Assembly: GCA_021325295.1 (NCBI GenBank)
Contig: JAJPHM010000027.1
Location: 1-24,000, forward strand
DNA length: 24,000 nt
Origin: Nitrososphaeraceae archaeon
GTDB lineage: Archaea > Thermoproteota > Nitrososphaeria > Nitrososphaerales > Nitrososphaeraceae
Direction: 5' to 3'
In this document: in pieces, positions 16,577-22,295 of the stretch
How the letters are laid out: each line of letters opens with the position of its first letter
How positions within the stretch are numbered: the stretch's first letter is position 1
Program-made: the position numbers and the translations under genes
Notes under the pieces: model-generated
Told to the model about the DNA's origin: nothing
Databases searched by the model: none
What the model saw: the letters and a program-made list of their open reading frames with translations, nothing else

Positions 16577-17854
16577 TGCTGTCTGACAATAGAGGATGAT
16601 GCGATAAACCTCCACCGGCTGCTAAAGGGCAAGATAGAGATTCACAGCAGGATCTCTGCCGTAGATGTCTTTGATGGGGGCGGAATCAGCGCAGAAGGCG
16701 AAGAGCTGAAGCCGCAACCGGGGAAAAAGACCAAGACCCTGGGGCTCGTTTACACTCCGGGCGTGGCGTATGTGGCGGAAGCAATAGGCAGGGACAAAAG
16801 CTTGGCCTATGATTACACTTCAAAGTGGAACAATGTCGCCATAGTCTGCGACGGCACAAGAGTGCTTGGATTGGGCAATGTGGGTCCAGAAGCTGCAATT
16901 CCGGTTATGGAAGGCAAATCCATTCTGTTCAAGATGCTTGGCGGCATAAACGCCATCCCGCTATGCATAGCCTCGCGGGACAGAGAGGAGATAATCAGAT
17001 TTGTAAAAATGATCCAGCCTGTTTTTGGTGCTATAAATATTGAAGACATTGAATCGCCAAAAGTTCTGGAGATAGTCGAGAGACTGCAAAAAGAACTCGA
17101 TATTCCGGTATTCCATGACGACCAGCATGGAACTGCCGTCATTGCCCTTGCTGCCCTGATAAATGCTCTGACGCTTGTAAACAAGCAGATAGAAAAAGTA
17201 AAAGTAGTGATATCTGGAGCCGGCTCGGCAGGGTACGGCATATTCAAAATTCTGCTACAGGCTGGCTGCAAAGATATAGTTGTAGTGGACAGCCACGGTG
17301 CGATATACCAAGGAAGAGACCTTGGCGGCCAGAAGAATAATGGGGCTGAAGAAACTCGCTACAAGCAAGAGATCGCAGACAAGACCAACCAGGCCAGAGC
17401 GACTGGACCTCTGGCTGAGGTCATCAAGAATGCTGATGTATTTATTGGCGTATCAGGCAAGGGCGGAATTCTGACAGCAGATATGGTCAAGACTATGAGC
17501 AGAGACGCTATCGTATTTGCACTGAGCAACCCTGACCCGGAGATAGATCCTCCTCAAGCGCTGCAGGCAGGAGCAAAGATAGTTGCAACAGGCAGGTCAG
17601 ACTTTGCCAACCAAGTCAACAACGCCGTGGTTTTTCCGTCGGTACTGCGCGCGTTGCTTGATCTTAGAGCTAGGTCTCTGAATGAAGAAATGCTCGTAGC
17701 AGTTGCACGCGCAATCGCCGGCCTTGTAGAGAAAGGGATCCATCTGAGGCCAGATTACATAATACCTAAGGTAAATGACCCGAGAATTCTTCCTGCAGTA
17801 ACTGGTACGCTAAAACAGGCAATCGAAGCGAAAGGATCTGCAAAATCGACCTGA
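16577..17854 (+). CDS. NAD(P)-dependent malic enzyme. Start unresolved: the frame is open from 16577, and the first canonical in-frame start is GTG 16763.
   Basis: YTPGVA, VLGLGNVGPEAAIPVMEGK, FHDDQHGTA, SGAGSAGYGI and ALSNPDPE. The conserved N-terminal segment (AINLHRLLKGKIEI) is encoded upstream of the track start. Confidence 0.85.
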   Translation, partial: CCLTIEDDAINLHRLLKGKIEIHSRISAVDVFDGGGISAEGEELKPQPGKKTKTLGLVYTPGVAYVAEAIGRDKSLAYDYTSKWNNVAIVCDGTRVLGLGNVGPEAAIPVMEGKSILFKMLGGINAIPLCIASRDREEIIRFVKMIQPVFGAINIEDIESPKVLEIVERLQKELDIPVFHDDQHGTAVIALAALINALTLVNKQIEKVKVVISGAGSAGYGIFKILLQAGCKDIVVVDSHGAIYQGRDLGGQKNNGAEETRYKQEIADKTNQARATGPLAEVIKNADVFIGVSGKGGILTADMVKTMSRDAIVFALSNPDPEIDPPQALQAGAKIVATGRSDFANQVNNAVVFPSVLRALLDLRARSLNEEMLVAVARAIAGLVEKGIHLRPDYIIPKVNDPRILPAVTGTLKQAIEAKGSAKST

Positions 17855-18055
17855 GTGTTGAAATGATCAAAAACAATGTTTGATTACTGATTGATCGAGT
17901 GATTGATGCATCAGCAGTTTTTCTGATCCCTGCAAGCAAGCTGGTATCAGTATCAAAATTCTGATGGTTTATAGATTAGATCAAACAGCGGTCAAATGCA
18001 CCAAAATGCAGTGAAGTATTTTTTGTTTGCTCTTCCTTTCGTTGTCTCTTGTTTG

Positions 18056-18532
18056 TCATTTTTTATCTGCATCAAGCTCGGAATCTACTCCAAAGACTGC
18101 ATAATCAACAAGCTTGCTCATGGTCATTTTCAGGACCTTGAGCATCTTGTCAAAATATTGCTTGTCGATTATACCTGAAGGAAGCATAACCCATACTATC
18201 CAGGGGCTGATTGACTTCATAAACAGATAGAGCTGTTCGTCATCCATTCCCTTGTACAGCTTTTTCAGAATCTCCCACCACTGTTCCAGCTCTTTTCTCT
18301 TTGCATCAAGGTAATCCTTTCCTTTCTGGGTAGCGGCAAAGGAAGATGGTGCTCCTTCTGCCAAAACCAGGCCATTTGAAGACAGTGTGTCAAGGATATC
18401 CTTTACATCTGATTCCGGGAGCCTGATGGCCTTGGCAATTTCTCCTGCGCCAGAAGGCCTGTCCTGTTGCCTGGCAATTGCATCGAGGACCACAAAATGT
18501 AGCGCCCTATCATATTCGCTGGAACGGGACAA
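18056..18532 (-). CDS. Winged-helix (MarR/ArsR-like) transcriptional regulator with an uncharacterised C-terminal domain
   Basis: VVLDAIARQQDRPSGAGEIAKAIRLPESDVKDILDTLSSNGLV is an HTH-plus-wing pattern. TTG start. Divergent from the thioredoxin gene. Confidence 0.65.
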   Translation of the reverse strand: MSRSSEYDRALHFVVLDAIARQQDRPSGAGEIAKAIRLPESDVKDILDTLSSNGLVLAEGAPSSFAATQKGKDYLDAKRKELEQWWEILKKLYKGMDDEQLYLFMKSISPWIVWVMLPSGIIDKQYFDKMLKVLKMTMSKLVDYAVFGVDSELDADKK

Positions 18533-18563
18533 CAGATTACATTCATGGAAATGGGGCTTTTTA

Positions 18564-18591
18564 GTCTATGTCTATATCTATGTCCGTCTAT
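18564..18591. repeat. Tandem hexamer array: GTCTAT GTCTAT ATCTAT gtcc GTCTAT
   Basis: Read directly from the sequence. Lies in the 134-nt divergent promoter region between the wHTH gene (start 18532) and the thioredoxin gene (start 18667). Confidence 0.8.
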
Positions 18592-18631
18592 TCCACCACC
18601 AGCCACTTCATCTACCGGCAGGCAGATAAGG

Positions 18632-18640
18632 AAAATATAT
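18632..18640 (+). promoter_or_regulatory. TATA-like box for the thioredoxin gene
   Basis: aaaatatat, centred about 31 nt upstream of ATG 18667. Confidence 0.35.
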
Positions 18641-18666
18641 CTGATGATGCAAATACTATATTCTCC

Positions 18667-19095
18667 ATGGCCGTTGACGATAATGAGCTTGAAGCTATAA
18701 AACAGAAGAAGATGGCAGAGCTGCAAAAAATGGCGTCAGCACCCAAGATATCAGCTCCCATCGTCCTGACAGATTCAAATTTTGCCAGAGAAACCTCAAG
18801 TCACCCCCTTATGCTTGTCGATTTCTGGGCAAGCTGGTGTGGTCCATGCAGGGCCGTTGCGCCCGTCATAGACCAGCTTGCGAGAGAATATGCAGGCAAA
18901 GTTGTGTTTGGCAAGGTCAACGTGGACGAGAACCAGCTAGTTTCAACATCTTTTGGGATCCAGAGCATTCCTACCATGATCATATTCAAAGGCGGAAAAC
19001 CTGTCGACGTGCTCATAGGGGCAATGCCAAAGGCCCAGATTGAGAGCAAGATAAAATATCATCTAGCCTCAAACAGCGCTGGGATGTACAGATAA
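18667..19095 (+). CDS. trxA: Thioredoxin with an N-terminal helical extension
   Basis: WASWCGPC active site and a thioredoxin fold pattern (GIQSIPTMIIFKGGK). ATG 18667 sits behind a TATA box. The track start at 18568 reads through the hexamer repeat. Confidence 0.9.
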   Translation: MAVDDNELEAIKQKKMAELQKMASAPKISAPIVLTDSNFARETSSHPLMLVDFWASWCGPCRAVAPVIDQLAREYAGKVVFGKVNVDENQLVSTSFGIQSIPTMIIFKGGKPVDVLIGAMPKAQIESKIKYHLASNSAGMYR

Positions 19096-19207
19096 CAAGA
19101 TGTTCTTATTGATATTATAAGGCAAAAGCAGAGATAGACAATAAAATAAAAATGAAAAAAGTTCGCACTGGGCTGAATTGGCTAGTATTTATTTAATCTG
19201 GCCTAGT

Positions 19208-19423
19208 TTAGTTTATGCCCAGTTGCGGAAATGAAGCTACGCTGATTCCAAGTTCTCCCTGGATCTTTCTTATCTTGTTGGCGTATTCTTTCATCTTTGT
19301 ACTGTCGCCTTGTACCTTGGCTATTCTGTACCCTTTCCATGCCTTTCTGAGTGCGCCCCAGCTCTGACCAGTGGTAAAGTTGTTTCTTTTCGGTGTTTCG
19401 TGAAGTGACATTATAGCTGTCAT
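19208..19423 (-). CDS. Hypothetical small basic protein, 71 aa (67 aa from ATG 19411)
   Basis: ATG start, Lys-rich helical composition (KMKEYANKIRKIQGELG), no known motif. Confidence 0.45.
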   Translation of the reverse strand: MTAIMSLHETPKRNNFTTGQSWGALRKAWKGYRIAKVQGDSTKMKEYANKIRKIQGELGISVASFPQLGIN

Positions 19424-19535
19424 CTAATGAGATAGTTGCTGGTTGATACTTAGCACCCTTTGTTAACTTTATCCAATTTGCAAGTTAAAACAGTTGATTC
19501 TTTTATTGTACTGTACCTCAAGTATTGGAAGAAAA

Positions 19536-19700
19536 ATGAGCTGTGGTAAAGAAATCGAAATTAGATGCCCGCTATGTCCTGCTTTACACATTAATGACTG
19601 CAGCTCTCATGTGTGGAGGCTCGACTTGAGAACTCACCAAGACACGATTATTTGGCCGGTTTGTATTTCATTTCAAATCGCAGAACTGCGAGGCAACTAA
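19536..19700 (+). CDS. Possible Cys/His-rich small protein, 54 aa
   Basis: MSCGKEIEIRCPLCPALHINDCSSHVW... (C3, C11xxC14, H18, C22, H25). ATG lies about 31 nt downstream of ttttattg (19501-19508). Confidence 0.3.
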   Translation: MSCGKEIEIRCPLCPALHINDCSSHVWRLDLRTHQDTIIWPVCISFQIAELRGN

Positions 19701-19702
19701 CT

Positions 19703-19712
19703 TTTTATTAAT
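19703..19712 (+). promoter_or_regulatory. TATA box for the 19732-20292 gene
   Basis: tttttattaa, centred about 25 nt upstream of GTG 19732. Confidence 0.4.
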
Positions 19713-19731
19713 TAGCTATCTATAGCTTGGG

Positions 19732-20292
19732 GTGCCATTATTCCATCGCGAAGACAAGCAGGAGAAGCAGAAGCAACTTGAGCGATTTTATGCGCTCCTA
19801 AAGAGTCTGATGGATGAGCTGTTCGACTATGCTCCAAAGTCAAAGCACGTCAAGATGCCATATAACGTCTCGTTTGGACTGATTTACGATGAGAGGGACT
19901 CTGTACTTCTAACCGGCACCGACCAGAATACGGGCAAGAAGCTATACCTGTACAATGTGCGGATCATAGGCAGAATGTTTGAGGAGAAAAGAGAGCAGAT
20001 GCTTGCAGATCAAACTGCAAACACTTTACTTGCTTGGATTGCAGATGTTTGCTCGCTATATATCAGCCCGTTTGTCTATGATTATGTTGTCAACGTACAG
20101 CATAGAGGCCAGGGGGCTGCCGAGAGAACTACAAGGAGCATAGTCAGAGGATTTATGGACAAGCTTGTCAGCGACCCGGAACTGCGCCATGTCCTTGACA
20201 ATATACGAGAGTCTCCCACTACAGCCGGTGCGGGCGTGGCGCAGAATGGAAATAGAGGTGGAAGTGAAAGTGAAAGCAGTGGGAAAAGATAA
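19732..20292 (+). CDS. Hypothetical protein, 186 aa
   Basis: GTG start behind a TATA box. Globular, non-repetitive composition with a G/S/E-rich tail. No motif I recognise. Confidence 0.6.
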   Translation: MPLFHREDKQEKQKQLERFYALLKSLMDELFDYAPKSKHVKMPYNVSFGLIYDERDSVLLTGTDQNTGKKLYLYNVRIIGRMFEEKREQMLADQTANTLLAWIADVCSLYISPFVYDYVVNVQHRGQGAAERTTRSIVRGFMDKLVSDPELRHVLDNIRESPTTAGAGVAQNGNRGGSESESSGKR

Positions 20293-20313
20293 AGATAAAG
20301 ATAACCCGCAGGG

Positions 20314-20748
20314 TCAGGCATAGTTGCCCTTTATTGACGACCTTGCACCGCAGGCCTCACAGAGCAGAAACCCAAGTTTTTTGTTCTTTTCAGTCCGGGT
20401 ATCCGGGCTTCCGCAGACCGGGCAGATAATATAGTCTTTTATGTACCTGTCTATCAGGGCCACAAACGAAGAAGGTTCTTTTCTGCCAAGGAATATCACC
20501 CTCTCACCGGCAATATAGCCTGCCGAAGCAAGCTCTTTGTTGAGGTAGAGAAGCAGTTTCTCGGGGTCTCGCCTGAGGGCCTTGGGAAAGTCCATAAAGT
20601 TCCTGAATATAGTATTCTTGCCCACCCATATGATCTGGGGCGTCGGGATTTCCAACCTAGAGCTGGCCTTCTTTGAGGTGTTGCCAAGCTTGTCCTGCAG
20701 GCGCTTGAGCAGGCCTTCATATTCTGTCTTTGTCTGGGTTCCGCTCAC
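20314..20748 (-). CDS. Translation initiation factor aIF-2 beta subunit
   Basis: YEGLLKRL N-terminus, RLEIPTPQIIWVGKNTIFRNF, and a C-terminal zinc ribbon CPVCGSPDT...CEACGA. Length of 144 aa is typical. Confidence 0.9.
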   Translation of the reverse strand: MSGTQTKTEYEGLLKRLQDKLGNTSKKASSRLEIPTPQIIWVGKNTIFRNFMDFPKALRRDPEKLLLYLNKELASAGYIAGERVIFLGRKEPSSFVALIDRYIKDYIICPVCGSPDTRTEKNKKLGFLLCEACGARSSIKGNYA

Positions 20749-20883
20749 AGAGACTCAGGCACAAATCTGCCTAATGAATGTATGCGGGTAAATGGATAGG
20801 AATAGATAAGATAAACAGGCAGGAAGCAGGCAGAGATAGACGAGATTATTTACTTTACCTATGACGCCTCGCCTCATCTCACC

Positions 20884-22068
20884 TCATCTCATCTTTATCA
20901 GGCGATACTTGGGCGCAGCTCCAAGTCTTTTTCTTGCAACAGATATTGCTTCAGCCGACAGATCGCAGCCAATCCACCTTCTATTCAATCTCTGTGCCAC
21001 CACAAGTGAAGTCCCGGAGCCGCAGAAAAAATCTGCAACCAGGCCGCCGGGAGGCGAAAACTGGCTTACTATTCTCTCAAGCAAATCGATATGCTTCTGT
21101 GTTCCGTAGCCGGTGGAGTAGTCATATGCCTCTACGTCCAGCCAGATATTATCAAGGAGTGTATAAGCCTTGGGCGGTATCCAGTATTCTGGGTACTTGA
21201 CGCTTCTACGCTTGCGAATAAACTCTAATTCTCTTCCTGTCTGCGCCCAGTACTGATCAAGAGGCATAGGGAAGAACTTGTCCATATACAACTTGTAATT
21301 TTCTATTGCCCGCACAGCCCTGTCTCTGGTCCACTTCCACTGTCCCCTCGGCGGAGCATAGCCAAATATCCTGTAGCGCATTGTAGGTCTGTCTGTATTG
21401 CTCCAGAATCCCATCCACCTTGACTCAGACCGGTTCTGCACAAGAGGAAGAGGAAACTTGGCTTTCCTGCTCTTTGAGTACCAGAGTATAGAATCGTACC
21501 CGCTGTGCATCTTGTCTATTAGCTTGAACTGATAGAGCAGGTTTTTTCTGCGGCCCCTTTTTACAATGATTTCATTCCTGAAGTTTTCAGGTCCAAACAC
21601 TTCATCTAGCAGCACTTTCACATAGTGCACAGCATGCCAGTCCAAGTGGACAAAAATTGAGCCTGATGGTGAGAGTAGCAGGCGCATCTGTTCAAGCCTA
21701 GGAGCAATCATGTCGAGGTATGCAGAGATTCCGGCACCATTAGAACCCTTCCAGATGTCGCGAAATGCCAGCCTCTGAGCATTTTCAACCCGGCGAAAGT
21801 AGCTTGTACCACTTTGGAATGGTGGATCAACATAGATAAGATCAATTTTGTCTGCAAAGCCCTTTTCCAGCAAATAGTTCATTGCAGCCATATTGTCACA
21901 GTGGAAGAGGACATTGCCGTTCGGAAGGAGCGGGCTCTTGTTTGCCTTTGCTTTTGTAGGAATCTTTGAGTTGGAATTGGAGTTGGAGTCAGAGCTTGAA
22001 CTGATTACCCCGGCAGTCTCCCAGACAAGCCTTACCTTGGAATTATTTCTGCCGGAACCATCCCGCAT
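20884..22068 (-). CDS. Beta-class N4/N6 DNA methyltransferase (N6_N4_Mtase type), orphan
   Basis: Motif IV DLIYVDPPFQSG precedes motif I DFFCGSGTSLVVAQRLNRRWIGCDLS, which is the beta order. ATG 22068 lies about 25 nt downstream of taaaataataat (plus-strand coordinates 22087-22098). No nuclease-like ORF lies next to it. Confidence 0.85.
   Translation of the reverse strand: MRDGSGRNNSKVRLVWETAGVISSSSDSNSNSNSKIPTKAKANKSPLLPNGNVLFHCDNMAAMNYLLEKGFADKIDLIYVDPPFQSGTSYFRRVENAQRLAFRDIWKGSNGAGISAYLDMIAPRLEQMRLLLSPSGSIFVHLDWHAVHYVKVLLDEVFGPENFRNEIIVKRGRRKNLLYQFKLIDKMHSGYDSILWYSKSRKAKFPLPLVQNRSESRWMGFWSNTDRPTMRYRIFGYAPPRGQWKWTRDRAVRAIENYKLYMDKFFPMPLDQYWAQTGRELEFIRKRRSVKYPEYWIPPKAYTLLDNIWLDVEAYDYSTGYGTQKHIDLLERIVSQFSPPGGLVADFFCGSGTSLVVAQRLNRRWIGCDLSAEAISVARKRLGAAPKYRLIKMR
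21970..21993 (-). repeat. Imperfect hexanucleotide repeat inside the methyltransferase N-terminus (encodes SDSNSNSNS)
   Basis: Plus strand reads gttgga attgga gttgga gtcaga. Confidence 0.7.
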
Positions 22069-22295
22069 TTAGCATTGAATAGCGGCATTATTATTTTAAG
22101 TTGCAGTCAGCCAGCCGGACGGATGGCTTCTAAAGTAGAACATTAATAACAGCTTTTGCTGCCAGAAACAAGTCAACCCGGTCCAATCAAGCCACCAAGC
22201 TGACAAGTCTTGCTGCACTGGACTAGTCAGGCGGGGCCTAGAAACATCAGGAAACAGAGGAAAATGAACAAAAAAAGTAACTGCAGGTGAGATGG

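Noticed and set aside
16561-16620. C/D-box-like strings (GTGATGC, CTGA, GATGATG) at the malic enzyme 5' end
   Set aside because: The spacing is wrong: CTGA falls 3 nt after the first box and no D box follows the second. The region is better explained as the 5' coding region of the malic enzyme.
17861-17926. C/D-box sRNA-like pattern (ATGATCA ... CTGA ... TTGATGC ... CTGA) in the malic enzyme / wHTH intergenic region
   Set aside because: Both C-type boxes deviate from RUGAUGA. The C-to-D' spacing is about 17 nt rather than about 12. There is no terminal stem. The perfect 10-nt palindrome tgatgcatca (17905-17914) is noted but is unexplained on its own.
19128-20841. 12-nt exact repeat gcagagatagac at 19128-19139 and 20830-20841, which could look like att-type direct repeats
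   Set aside because: On the order of ten chance 12-mer matches are expected in 24 kb. The enclosed segment contains the essential aIF-2 beta gene and has no integrase.
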